Part shown: positions 22,390-34,703 of the stretch, piece after piece
Numbering within the stretch: the first letter of the stretch is position 1
Layout of the letters: every line of letters begins with the position of its first letter
From: Octopus sinensis
Taxonomy: Eukaryota
Direction of reading: 5' to 3'
Assembly (NCBI RefSeq): GCF_006345805.1
Contig: NW_021835213.1
Coordinates: forward strand, 1-40,985
DNA: 40,985 bases
Program-made: the position numbers and the translations under genes
Notes under the pieces: model-generated
The model's input: the letters and a program-made list of their open reading frames with translations, nothing else
Told to the model about the DNA's origin: nothing
Database searches by the model: none

Positions 22390-22628
22390 AAGCACTGATG
22401 CTGGTGGCACATAAAAAACACCTGTGCTGATGCCACATAAAAAGGACTTGTGCTGGTGGCACATAAAGTGCTCCTGTTACACTCCTGGTGTGTTTGGCAC
22501 TAGGAAGAGCTTCCACCATGCCAACACAGACAACAGAACCTGGTGCAGCTCTCCAGCCTTGCCAGCTCCTGTGAAAAAGTCCGACCCATGCCAGCATGGA
22601 AAGCAGACGTTAAATGGTGACAATGATG
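22390..22628 (+). mobile_element. Diverged family B 3' piece
   Basis: GCTGGTGGCACATAAA modules and CCAGCATGGAAAGCAGACGTTAAA tail. Confidence 0.7.
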
Positions 22629-22640
22629 TTGAATATATTG

Positions 22641-23051
22641 GGATCTTTTCGGTTTGAACGGCAGTTTTTAAAATAATTTCCACGTAACTAAACACTTTTA
22701 AACTTCTTATACTGGTAGAATGTGTTTATAAAACATCTTTTTCTCTTAGCTTTATTGAGAAAATTCTATAGTTTGTATGATATTTGTTGTTTTTTTTTCT
22801 TCAGTTTCTGCAATTTCAACCAATCAATGACATCTATTGAGGTAAAATACATTCTGTGCCGTATGAATATGTCCCTCGTTTAAGAAACAGATTGGGTTTA
22901 CTTACATTTGTGAAGAAAAAAAGATACCCTTCCCCCACCCTAACCCTAAAACAGATTGAAATGCAATAGATTGATACTAGGGTCATAATTATGGGTGACA
23001 ATTTCATATGACACTGCTAGAAAAAAACTGCCGTTCAAACCGAAAATATCC
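22641..23051. mobile_element. 411-bp MITE with ~29-bp TIRs and 8-bp TSD
   Basis: TIRs GGATCTTTTCGGTTTGAACGGCAGTTTTT / AAAAACTGCCGTTCAAACCGAAAATATCC; TSD ATATATTG at 22633-22640 and 23052-23059. Confidence 0.9.
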
Positions 23052-23230
23052 ATATATTGTAATAAGGAGTATTTTTGGGGAGATATACAATATACAAGCC
23101 ATTTGGTTGGAGGAAGATGCGGTTAGAATTATAACCAATGAGGTGTGTTTATTTGCTGCGGATGCGATACTTGTAGCAACAATGGCAGATAGCAAAGTTG
23201 TCAAGGGAATGGTTATTCCATTCTTGAACA

Positions 23231-24675
23231 GGATCTTTTCAGTTTGAACGGCAGTTTTTCCTAGCGGGGTCATATGAAATTGTCACCCATAATTATGACC
23301 CTAGTATCGATCTATTGCATTTCAATCTGTTTTAGGGTTAGGGTTAGGGTATCTTTTTTTCTTCAGAAATGTAAATAAACCCAATCTGTTTCTTAAATGA
23401 GGGACATATTCATACGGCACAGAAAGTTTTTTTTTACCTCAATAGACGTCATTGATTGGTTGAAATTGCAGAAATTGAAAAAAAAAACAAATGGATCTTT
23501 TCGGTTTGAACGGCAGTTTTTCCTAGTGGGGTCATATGAAATTGTCACCCATAATTATGACCCTAGAATCGATCTATTGCATTTCAATCTGTTTTAGGGT
23601 TAGGGGTGGGGGGAAGGGTATCTTTTGTTTTCACAAATGTAAATAAACCCAATCTGTTTCTTAAAGGAGGGACATATTCGTACGGCACAGAATGTTTTTT
23701 TTACCCCAATAGACGACATTGATTGGTTGAAATTGAAGAAAAAAACAACAAATATCTTACAAACTATAGAATTTTCTCAATAAAGCCAAGAGAAAAAGAT
23801 GTTTTATAAACACACTAGCAGCATAGCCCGGCGTTGCCCGGGTATGTAAGAGCCCCTAGTAGGCAACGACTAATCCCAATCTAGTCTTTTCCCTCTAGGG
23901 AACGAAGGTGTATGTGTAGGTTGCAATGTCTTCTCTTCACTCCCAAATAACTATCAAACAGCTATCGATAATTCAACCCAACCAATTCCTACCAGGAAGA
24001 AATTACATTCGAGACTTTACCCCCAACACTTCTGCTAATAGCTGCTGCAGCCGCAAGTTATTCGAATACTTTTTTTGTTTACAGTTTCTTTATAACTACC
24101 ACCCCAAACGTTTTACCTTAAATTTTTGATGTACCCTAAGGGTCCTCGGACGCTACTTGCAAACTCTTGGTTTATTATAAACTGCTTTTGTCGTGTGCAC
24201 CAAAAAAAACCTTTTCCATTCGTTTGTTCAGTTTGGTCACTTTTGACTTTTTTGTTGTTGTCCCGCTTTTTTGCCGTTTTTGTACATTTTTATACATTTT
24301 GGGATACTTACCCCACGTGTTCCGAGAGTTAAAAAGGTCGAGTTGCGTCCCCTAGACAGTCTGTAGAAAATGCGTTGCATATAAAAAGCTTAGATTCTCG
24401 ACCCATGTCGAATTTATCGATTTTTTTTCAGAACTGGGGGAACTTTTCAAAATTTTCGCTGCGTTACTTTTGAATTATGACATTGGGCTATGTGTGTGTC
24501 AAGTTTCATCAGAATCGGTTGAAAGCTATGGTCAGGGCGAGGGTACAACCTGACAGACACACAGACAGACAAACTGCCGTTTATATATAGAGAGATTCTA
24601 CCAGTATACGAAGTTTAAAAGTGTTTAGTTACCTAGAAATTATGTTAAAAACTGCCGGTCAAACCGAAAAGATCC
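23231..24675. mobile_element. Same MITE family, opposite orientation: partial unit 23231-23492 plus a full unit interrupted by a HINE
   Basis: TIR at 23231, 23493 and 24647-24675. The internal sequence AAACACA/TTCTACC rejoins across 23814-24595. Confidence 0.9.
23814..24595 (+). mobile_element. Non-autonomous Helentron/HINE-like element inserted in the MITE
   Basis: 5' ACTAGCAGCATAGCCCGGCGTTGCCCGGG; 3' AAGTTTCATCAGAATCGG...ACAGACAGACAAACTGCCGTTTATATATAGAGAGAT; no TSD at an A^T site. Confidence 0.75.
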
Positions 24676-24944
24676 GTATTTTGGGGGAGATATACGATAT
24701 ACAAGCCATTTGGTTGGGGGAAGATGCGGTTAGAATTATAACCAATGAGGTCAGTTTATTTGCTGCGGATGCGATACTTGTAGCAACAATGGCAGATAGC
24801 AAAGTTGTCGAGGGAATGGTGAGTCCATTCTGGAGCACATCTGACCAGCCAAAGCTTTATCAAAGAACATTTGTTGCAATAAATTATTCAACTGTCAGCA
24901 GAACAGACTTTACAAGATGTTTTTTTATTTCTTTGTATGTGAGT

Positions 24945-25182
24945 ATGTGTGTGTGTGTGTGTCAGTGTGTGTTTGTGTGTGTGTGTGTCAGTGTGTGTGT
25001 GTCAGTGTGTGTGTGTGTGTGTCAGTGTGTGTGTGTGTCAGTGTGTGTCAGTGTGTGTGTGTGTGTGTCATGTGTGTGTGTGTGTGTCAGTGTGTGTGTG
25101 TGTCAGTGTGTGTCTGTGTGTGTGTGTCAGTGTGTGTGTGTGTGTGTCAGTGTGTGTGTGTGTCAGTGTGTGTGTGTGTGTG
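24945..25182. repeat. (TG)n microsatellite punctuated by TCAG
   Basis: Direct inspection. Confidence 0.9.
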
Positions 25183-25410
25183 ATTGGCCGACAGAATATT
25201 GTTGTTGTCATTTCGCAGACACAAATTTAATTGTACCGGAGATAAAGTAATTAAATAAGACGAAATATCTTGATCAAATACAATGTTTATTGTACGTTGA
25301 TATGATACGTATTTAGAAGAGCGTCCAGCCAAAGGGACCATGCCAAAGCAGGCCATGCAGCCTGATTCAGCTCTCCATCCTTGCCAGTCCCTGTTTAAAC
25401 ATCTGACCCA

Positions 25411-25519
25411 TCTATCATACTCTCAATTTTGGTCAACTTGTGCCGCAGGATCTCGGAGGAGATAGTGTTAGGTGAAGGCTACCAAACCTGCCATACACAG
25501 ACAACTTCAGCTTTATATA
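25411..25519 (+). mobile_element. 3' fragment of the 4492-4844 HINE-like family
   Basis: Closely matches 4730-4840. Confidence 0.75.
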
Positions 25520-26621
25520 CAGGGTGTCCCCAAAAAATGTATACACACCTTAAATAATTGTAAATTTGGGGTTTATTATAATTCGAATAATTTTCAACAT
25601 GTAAAAGAATTTACAAATATCATTCTATTGTCTTGTTATCGCATGTTCTCAAACTGATGTCCGTTCTGCTCCAGACACGGCTGACAACGCGAAGCGATGG
25701 AATGGCACACATCATGGTACAATTCCCTTGGGATATTCGTACATTTATAATAATAATAATAATGAAATTATTGTATACAGTGCTCAGGTGCACCACAACT
25801 TGTCAGAAAGTGCATATAAAGTATATGCAGTAATGTACAAATGTCTGGAAAGTGAACATGCTTGTGTGTGTATGGAGGGGAGAAAATCAGGTGTAGTGTT
25901 GGCGAATCTCAGGAAGCATGGAAGTTTTGAAGGATGCAGTGCTCCGACCACTAACAACTGATGCCGGCAGTTTGTTCCATGCTTCAGCGTGTGTATGGAG
26001 GGGAGAAAGCTCAGGTGTAGTGTCGGCGAATCTCAGGAAGCATGGAAGTTTTGAAGGATGCAGTGCTCCGACAACTAACAACCGACGCCGGCAGTTTGTT
26101 CCATGCTTCAGCGTGTGTATGGAGGGGAGAAAGCTCAGGTGTGGTGTTGGCAAATCTCAGGAAGCATGGAAGTTTTGAAGGATGCAGTGCTCCGACAACT
26201 AACAACCGATGCCAGCAGTTTGTTCCACGCTTCAGCAACTCTCAGCGTGAAAAAATGTTTCCTGAAGTAATGGGAGCTGTGCTGTTTTCTTACTTTGTAA
26301 ATATGTCCACGGATGTTCAATGGTTGCCCTCAATTGAAGGAGTGTTGCAGGTTTCTGTGCGTAGACTTTGTCCTTTAGGTATCCCCATAAAAAGAAGTCT
26401 AGTGGTGTGAGGTCTGGTGAACGTGGAGGGTATTCGACAAAACCTCTCCGTCCAATCCACCTGTTTGGCAAGATCCCATCAAGAAAGGATCTAACATCGT
26501 GATGGTAGTGTGGAGGTGCCCCATCTTGCTGGAAATAAAACTCTTCCTGTTCAAAGTGCTCTCTAATGCTTGGCATGACAGACTGTTGCAGCAAGTGTAT
26601 ACATTTTTTGGGGACACCCTG
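25520..26621 (-). mobile_element. Internally deleted Tc1/mariner element, DD41D (rosa/Visitor-type) transposase remnant
   Basis: Perfect 27-bp TIRs CAGGGTGTCCCCAAAAAATGTATACAC with TA on both sides. Translation FQQDGAPPH...PPRSPDLTPLDFFLWGYLK has 41 residues between the 2nd and 3rd catalytic Asp. The C-terminus TNIPRELYHDVC...NGHQFENMR* resumes after a CR1 insert. Confidence 0.9.
25746..26317 (-). mobile_element. CR1-like LINE 3' end inserted in the transposase, with a triplicated 124-bp terminal block
   Basis: RGHIYKVRKQHSSHYFRKHFFTLRVAEAWNKL...FK motif and (ATT)n tail. Confidence 0.85.
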
Positions 26622-26635
26622 TATATAGATGTATA

Positions 26636-26800
26636 GTTGAAATTAACAGAAAAACAAAAGACGAAGACAGGTGTGTAAATGACAAGCAGGTGTAACAGTT
26701 TGAGATGCTTGGGAAGCTGACAAAGTCATTTATGTTTCGAGCCTATGTTCTTCAGCAGAAAGGAACAGGAGGAAATATAAAGAGAGGGAATAAAAAGAGG
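26636..26800 (-). mobile_element. Possible decayed Penelope-like pLTR remnant
   Basis: Minus-strand CTGAAGA-acataggct-CGAAAC boxes; stems and cleavage triplet not intact. Confidence 0.35.
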
Positions 26801-26913
26801 GAATACTTATAGGCATCCAACTGTAGAGAACCATGGCAGACCAGACTGGAGCATTGCACAACCTTTCAGCGTGCCAGACCAGTCAAACCATCCAACCCAT
26901 GACAGCATGGACA

Positions 26914-27300
26914 TTGGAAGCACTCTGTCGGTTACGACGACGAGGGTTCCGGTTGATCTGAATCAACGGAACAGCCTGCTCGTGAAATTAACGTGTAAGT
27001 GGCTGAGCACTCCACAGACACGTGTACCCTTAACGTAGTTCTCGGGGATATTCAGCGTGAAACAGAGAGTGACAAGGCCGGCCCCTTGAAATACAGGTAC
27101 AACAGAAACAGGAAGTAAGAGTGAGAGAAAGTTGTGGTGAAAGAGTACAGCAGGGATCACCACCATCCCCTGCAGGAGCCTCGTGGAGCTTTTAGGTGTT
27201 TTCGCTCATTAAACACTCACAACGCCCGGTCTGGGAATCGAAACCGCGATCCTACGACTGCGAGTCCGCTGCCCTAACCACTGGGCCATTGCGCCTCCAC
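26914..27300 (-). mobile_element. tRNA-Arg-like SINE (possibly octopus OR type) inserted in a family B tail
   Basis: Head GTGGAGGCGCAATGGCCCAGTGGTTAGGGCAGCGGACTCGCAGTC...GGTTTCGATTCC; 11-bp TSD CAGCATGGACA at 26903-26913 and 27302-27312. Confidence 0.85.
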
Positions 27301-27334
27301 CCAGCATGGACAACAGACGTTAAAAGATGATGAT

Positions 27335-27750
27335 ACACACACATATATACACATATGCATATATATATATACACATACACAAATTATATCTGTATTCATA
27401 TCTATATTTCCTCTCTTGATGGACGCTTGGCTGCTATTTCTTGCAAGATGAGCATCTGCATAGAAGGGTTTTATTGTTGGTGGCAATGGTGGTGGTGGTG
27501 GGCATGGCAAAAAATTGTTTACAGCTTTCAGTTTTTATAAATCTTATCTTCTGTAGGTATCGGAAAAAATTCACACTTACATATATTGCGTATGTGTATG
27601 TATGTAGAAATGCATGTGTGGGTATACATATATATATATATATACATACATACATATATATATATATATACATACATATATGCAAGCACAAACATATTTA
27701 TACATAAACACACTTTTACAGGTACAAACATATATCTGTATGTGTGTGTG

Positions 27751-27799
<49 letters not shown>

Positions 27800-28028
27800 T
27801 TATAAATATGCATATATGTATGTATGTGTGTATATATATATATGTGTGTGTGTGTGTATATATATGTATATATATGTATGTATAAATATATATATATATA
27901 TATGCATATATATATATATATATCTGCCTATGTGCACACACAGACACTTACACATATACAATATATACATATGCATGCATATCCATATTTATTAATGAAC
28001 ACTTTTTAAGAAAAAAACCTGTCCATGT

Positions 28029-28101
<73 letters not shown>

Positions 28102-28150
28102 GTATGTATATGTGTATATATATGTATATATGTGTTTGTGTGTGTTTATG
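27335..28150. repeat. TA/CA microsatellite-rich field
   Basis: Direct inspection. Confidence 0.85.
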
Positions 28151-28814
28151 TGAAGTACATACATTAGTTGTGCATCTCACCATTTAACACTTGTACCAAA
28201 CTGAAACCCTGTCCCCTCCCCCCCCTCCGAACCACCACCACCACAATCACTTCCGAGTCTTCAAAAGTCAAGATGAAGTTTGAATAATTAATGGTAGGTT
28301 TTTCAATGGATATAATGAATAGGTTTCACACCATGGTGACAGGGGGTGGTGTTCTCGCTTCTTGTATTTTAATATTTTTTTCTGTGTGTGTGTGTGTGTT
28401 GTCTTTTCCTTCTTTGTGGTGGTGGAGGCGGTGGGTGTGAGCGACAACAGCAACAAGGAGAGCAACAAAAGCGAAAAAGAGGAGGAGCGACATACAAGAA
28501 GAGCAACAACATCAATAGAACTAATAAGATTGTAGTCAAACAAAAACAAAAAAAAATGAAAAGAAAAAACGATGAACAACAATAGCAACAACAAACACAT
28601 CTGTATGAAGAGAACTAATAAGGACACGGCAAAAAGAGAACAACAACAACAATAATGATGATGATGATGATGATGATGATTTGTTTTATTTGCCACAGGG
28701 ACATTGATGAAGAAAACATCACAAGGACAGTCAACATTTTTTTTTGGTGGGGAGGGTCCATAAAGGATAGGGACAAAAAAAAATGGGTAAAATGCAATAC
28801 AATTATGTATAGTA

Positions 28815-29443
28815 CACAGGCACAGGCATGGGCTGTGTGGTGAGTAGCTTGGTTCCCAACCACGTGGTTCCAGGTTCCGTCCCTCTGTGTGGCACCTTGG
28901 GAAAGTGTCTTCTACCATGGCTCCAGACTGGCCAAAGCCTTGTGAATGGATTTGGTAGATGGAAACTGAAAGAAGCCCAATAAATACACACACACATGCG
29001 CACACACACATACGCACACACATACGTAGATTCAGGAGTGGCGCAGGCATGGGCTGTGTGGTAAGTAGCTTGCTTACCAACCACATGGTTCTGGGTTCAG
29101 TCCCACTGCGTGGCACCTTGGGCAAGTATCTTCTACTATAGTTTTAGGTCAACCAAAGCCTTGCGAGTGGATTTGGTGGACGGAAACTGAAAGAAGCCCA
29201 TCAGATGTGCATGTATGTGTGTGTGAGTGTGTGTGCCTTTGTGTCTGTGTTTGTCCCTCATCATAACTTGACAACCGGTGTTGGTGTGTTTACATCCCCA
29301 TAATGTAGCAGCTCACCAAAATAGAGCAACAGATTAAACACCAGGCTTTAAAAAAAAAAGTCCTGGGGGTCAATTCCTTCGACTAAAATTTCTTCAAGGC
29401 GGTGCCCCAGTATGGCCACAGTCCAAAAAGAGAAACAAGTAAA
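28815..29443 (+). mobile_element. Two tandem SINE A variants (5' half 28815-28990; near-full 29040-29443)
   Basis: GCAGGCATGGGCTGTGTGG heads and shared body. Confidence 0.85.
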
Positions 29444-29642
29444 GGGCAGGAAATTGTATGGAAAGTATGTGATGACATAAATGATGCAGAGACCTCCTGA
29501 TAAAGGAGAAACTTCAATGGAGGGGGGTCCAATGACAGAACTCCACAGATTCGGAATTGCCCTCAAGGCATGAGACCTCACCCAGCTGTTGCTCTCTAAT
29601 CTACAGGTGCATACAGAGAAGGGCCATTTCTGTCACAGTCAC

Positions 29643-30070
29643 CCATCATCATCATCATCATTGTTTAATGTCCACTGTCTATGCTGGCATGGGTGGAACG
29701 GTTTGACAAGAGCTGACCAGGCAGAAGACAGCACTAGACTTCTTTTACTCTTTTGGCGGGATTATTACAGCTGGATGCCCTTCCAAACACCAACCCCCTT
29801 ACAACATGGACTGGGTGCTTTTAAGTAGCACAAGCACAGGTGAAGTCAGTTTTGGCAATGTTTTTACAGCTGGATGCCCTTCCAAACACCAACCCCTTTA
29901 CAACATATACTGGGTGCTTTTTATGTGGTACAAGCACAGGTGAGGTCAGTTTTGTCAAGGTTTTTACAGCTGGATGCCCTACCGAACACCAACCACTTGA
30001 TAGATGGAAACTGGGTGCTTCTAAGTGGCCCAAGCACTGACTGGGTCACCAAGTAACCTGCAAGACAGAA
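29643..30070 (-). mobile_element. Family B piece with a ~100-bp block in triplicate
   Basis: CAGCTGGATGCCCT recurs at 29768, 29867 and 29967; (ATC)n tail at left. Confidence 0.75.
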
Positions 30071-30149
30071 AAATTTACCAGGAGTAGCACTCCCCTCTCC
30101 ATCTTCACTTTCCTTTCCATGCGGGACTTAAAAAATACTGAATTCTTTT

Positions 30150-30256
30150 TACGGTATACACAAAGCCCGAAATTTCTGGTGAGTGGGCGGGCTGGATAAT
30201 CACACCAACCCCAGTGTATAACTGGAACTTATTTTATTGATTTCCAAAAGGATGAT
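30150..30256 (-). mobile_element. SINE family C fragment
   Basis: Reverse complement resembles 2390-2497. Confidence 0.55.
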
Positions 30257-30262
30257 TTTACA

Positions 30263-30712
30263 ATTCAGTCTGACCATGAGACAGAGAATAAGAAGCCAGA
30301 CATAGTCTTAATTGAGAAAGAAAACAAACTATGCTGGATCATAGATATAGTATGCCCAGCTGATAATAAGGTATGTGATAAGGAAGAAAGAAAAGTTGAG
30401 AGATATAACAGGTTAGCTTGGGAAGTTAAGCAGTTGTGGCTGATGAAAAGGTGGTAGCAGTACCAATAATTGTCGGAGCCCTGGAACAGAGAGTAAAAAT
30501 CTTGAGAAGTACATGGAACAAATAGGGGCTGCAATAAGGGTAGAGTACTTGCGGAAAACAGCACTGCTTGGAACTGCTCAAATACTCTGAATGGTGCTCA
30601 AAAAATAAGAGGAGTTACCTTAGTTCACAGGTAGTGAACAGCTGACACTGTAGCACATCTCCAGTGTTAGAAGCTGTGTAAAAACAATAAATAATAATAA
30701 TAATAATAATTC
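30263..30712 (+). mobile_element. R4/Dong-like non-LTR retrotransposon 3' end (restriction-like endonuclease domain)
   Basis: KPDIVLIEKENKLCWIIDIVCPADNKVCDKEERKVERY...VPIIVGAL...KTALLGTAQIL with two frameshifts; (TAA)n tail. Confidence 0.85.
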
Positions 30713-31130
30713 ATTCTTTTATTAGCCACAAGGGCCCATACAGAATAACATTAAATGATATGCAACAACATAAAAGACAAAAACGAGTTGGTACAATGGG
30801 TTTCCCCCGTGTAATCAATATAAATAACGATTAAAAATTAAACAAATTAAAACTCCCAATAGGGGAGGTGCTTTAAGGTCCAGGGAGAAAACCCAGAAAA
30901 GCCACAGGCGCTTGATCAACAGGATAAGAGCCCTTCTCTTTTAATTCCCTTTTTTTTCACAGGTGTATACTCAGAATTGGTTCTTTCACACTGGCTGTTC
31001 TTCCAACATTCACCCACCTTTCAACAAACTTGTTACAAGGCAACACTTCCCACTCCACCCTCAACTTCCTTTCAAAGTGAAACTTGAAAAAGTTGATGAG
31101 GGCTTGGCCAAAGAAATAATATTAATGTCA
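30713..31130 (-). mobile_element. L1/Tx1-like LINE 3' end
   Basis: Minus-strand FFGQALINFFKFHFERKLRVEWEVLPCNKFVERWVNV...SIHL*, then a 3' UTR with AATAAA just before (TTA)n. Confidence 0.6.
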
Positions 31131-31179
31131 AGTCTTCTTAAAGCAACTGGAAATACTATGCAAGATTGATGTCTTGCAA

Positions 31180-31312
31180 AAAGTGGACTGAGTGGACTGG
31201 AGCAATGTGAAATGAATTGACTTGCTCAAGGACGCAATGCCCAACTGGGAATTGAATTTGTGACATAACGATACTGAGGCAAATAGCCTAACCATTAAGA
31301 GACATGCCTTCA
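31180..31312 (-). mobile_element. Old tRNA-headed SINE fragment
   Basis: Minus-strand degenerate A/B boxes followed by GTCCTTGAGCAAGTCAATTCATTTCACATTGCTCCAGTCCACTCAG. Confidence 0.5.
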
Positions 31313-31744
31313 TAGTCGGAAAATCGGGCAGCAACCAGGACAAAAAGAGCACCAACATAGGCAAGCAATAACAACAGCAACAACAAGAGGAGCAACATAG
31401 ATGATGACAACAGCAACAATAACAACATCAACAACACTGAAGAGGAGCAATAACAATAAAAATAACATCAATCATGACAACAAGCATAGCTTAAAAAAAC
31501 AAACAAAAGTTACAACGAAATAACAACAGCAATAGCATCTAATAATGGAAGTAGCGGCTAAATTGCAGTTGATGTTGTTATTACACTTGATGTGGTTGTT
31601 GTTGCTGTAGCTGTCATTGCAGCCGTTGTTGTTGTTTTCTATGGTTGTTGTTGAATGTTGTTGTTGTTGCTATGGAAGACATGAAGCCTTTCTTTTTTAA
31701 TTCCAAATCTTCAGATAAATACTGCAGATAAATTTCCAATATAC

Positions 31745-32605
31745 TTATGCCTCATATACACATACATACATACATATATATACATACATACACACATATA
31801 TATATACATACATATATATATATATATGTATGTATGTATGTATGTATATTTAAATGTGTATATATATATATACATGCATTTGCATGACAGCACGTTGCTC
31901 CATTTATGTATACATGTTCATACATACATAAATAAATGCACATATATATATCTATGCATGTGTAAATATATTCATATATTATATATATACACATGCGCAC
32001 ACATAGATATATGTATGCTCATATGTACAAATGTGTATGTATACATACATATTCTATATATGTGTATATATATATGCATATATATGGACATACACACTTA
32101 CACACAAGACATGTGTGTATATATATATGTATGTATATGTATGTATATATATACACACACACATATACACCTAATGATATATATCATTGGGAGGCAGACA
32201 CACACATATTTTTGCCATAGAAATATTTTTTCTGCTTATAAATATAAATATTATTAACATATGAATGTGTGTCTGCATCAAGATCACTATACATATATAT
32301 ATATATATATATACATACTATATATATATATGTATATATACATACATATTATATGTATGTATATATATGTATATATATATATAACATATATATATATACA
32401 TATAATATATACATATATATTACAGATATATATTATACATATATATATATCATATATATACACACACACTATATATATATTATAACACGCCACCACATAC
32501 ATGTATGTGTGTGTGTGTGTGCATTTCTTCATAATGTATAGTGGTCTCTTCTTTTGGGTGTGCATACACACACATATATATGTATATGATATACATACAC
32601 ACACA

Positions 32606-32640
<35 letters not shown>

Positions 32641-32657
32641 ACACATACATACACATG

Positions 32658-32707
<50 letters not shown>

Positions 32708-33340
32708 GTATGCATATATAATATATATATACACACATGTATATTTATATGTACGGTTATGTGTGTGCATGTAGATATATATGCACTATATATATATACA
32801 CACACATACATATATATGTATATATGTATGTGTGCATACATACATATATACACACGCACACACAGACACTCATATATATATATATATACATATATGTATA
32901 CAATACCTATGTATATACTATATAGATATATACATACACTACCCATGTATATAGTATACACTCCCCCCCCCCCGCGTCCCCGTTCCCATCATTCCTTCAC
33001 AGTTAGTTAAATGTACATTTACCTAAATTTCTCAGAGAAAATAAGAAAGAAAAAACTACGACAACCATTAAGAGTGGAGAGAAAAACCACGAAAAGAACC
33101 ACTTTTTTTTTTCTCAATTCATCTTTCTTCACCTTCTCTCTCTCCCTCTCTCTCCCTCCTTTTCTCTCCCTCCTTCTCTCTCTTTATTTGTATCTATTTC
33201 TGTGTATGTATCTCTGTTGATCTCTTTTTCTTTCTCTCCCTTGACATATATATATTGTGTGTGTGTGTGTGTATGTGTGTATATATATATTTATATATAT
33301 GCCTATATAATATGTATATATATGTGTGTATATATATATG

Positions 33341-33414
<74 letters not shown>

Positions 33415-33635
33415 CATATGCATGTATATATACATACATATATATATGTATATATATATACATACATATATATATTATATGTAAATATATATGTATATAT
33501 ATATATATACATATATATATATGTATATATACATACATATATATATATATGTAAATATATATGTATATATAAACACATATATATATATATGTTATACATA
33601 CATACATATATGTATGTATATATATGTAATATAAT

Positions 33636-33682
<47 letters not shown>

Positions 33683-34200
33683 CCTATATTAACCCTCTCA
33701 ATCTACCTATTTATCTTCCACTGACAGCTCTCTCACTCTCTTCCCTCCCCTTCACCATCTCTCTCTCTTGTGTGTGTATATATATATATAATATATATAT
33801 TATACATACATATATATGTATGTTACACACACACATGTCATGTCTTTCTTTTTCTCTCACACTCTCAGATGTATATATACACATCAACTTATAACAGTAT
33901 CACCCCTTCTTTCCTTCCTCACACTCTCTCTCTCAGTCTGTCTGTCTGTCTCCCCCTCTATATATATGCATATACATATATATACATATATATATTATAT
34001 ATATATATATATACATACATATATACACACATATATATACATACATACATATATATATATACACACGTATATACATTCATACATATATATATATATATAT
34101 ACACATATATACATACACACATATATACATACACAAATATATACATACATACATATATATATACATACATATATATACATATACATACATACATATATAT

Positions 34201-34233
<33 letters not shown>

Positions 34234-34340
34234 ACACATATATTTACATATATATACATACATATATATATATGCATATATATATATGTCTATACATATA
34301 TATATAATACAGCATATAATGTATATTATATGTATCTGTC
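31745..34340. repeat. Large compound TA/CA/CT microsatellite domain
   Basis: Direct inspection; short unique spacers only. Confidence 0.9.
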
Positions 34341-34703
34341 TGTGTGTCTGTGTGTCCTCCCTCCGTCCCCCCTGACTCTTGTATATTCTCCTCAATTTTC
34401 TTTCCATGCATCACAATAAACGCGAAATTACACGAAATTTCAAAAGGCCCTTTTTTTTTCTGTGTCTCCTTTTCTGCTCTTTCCCCAAGCATGATAGCAT
34501 GATAGTCGTGATTCAGTGTGTATGAATACACATTATTGTTAAACCTGAATCAGCCCAGCCTCTGCCGACCCTAACCTCCAACCCCCCGCTTCTTCTCCAC
34601 AACAAAATTCCACCTTCACCCGGCCCCTTTGTGTTCCCCGCATGTTTATCGCCTATCGTATGTATGCACACGTTATTTGGTAAGCATCAGTCGACCCAAA
34701 ATC

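Noticed and set aside
23069-23230. Class C GPCR TM6-TM7 reading on minus (ILYISPKI; also LCFTPKL near 13340)
   Set aside because: Resemblance is limited to a PK motif in hydrophobic sequence; no supporting exons or splice sites.
22930-23350. Interstitial telomere (CCCTAA/TTAGGG)
   Set aside because: Only 2-3 units, at a fixed internal position in every MITE copy.
25860-26230. Same 124-bp period as the 11887 array
   Set aside because: No sequence similarity; this block is CR1-derived, so the match is coincidental.
27225-27300. tRNA-Arg genes here and at 38727-38800; tRNA genes at SINE A heads
   Set aside because: Acceptor stems are not formed and each continues into a SINE body with tail or TSD.
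1157-34531. Dozens of YI/CV/HT-rich ORFs in the track
   Set aside because: They are translations of dinucleotide microsatellites, which lack stops in most frames.
34460-34685. Acceptor (CCCCAAG/) and donor (/GTAAGC) pair
   Set aside because: All three frames stop early; at most a non-coding exon, and unsupported.
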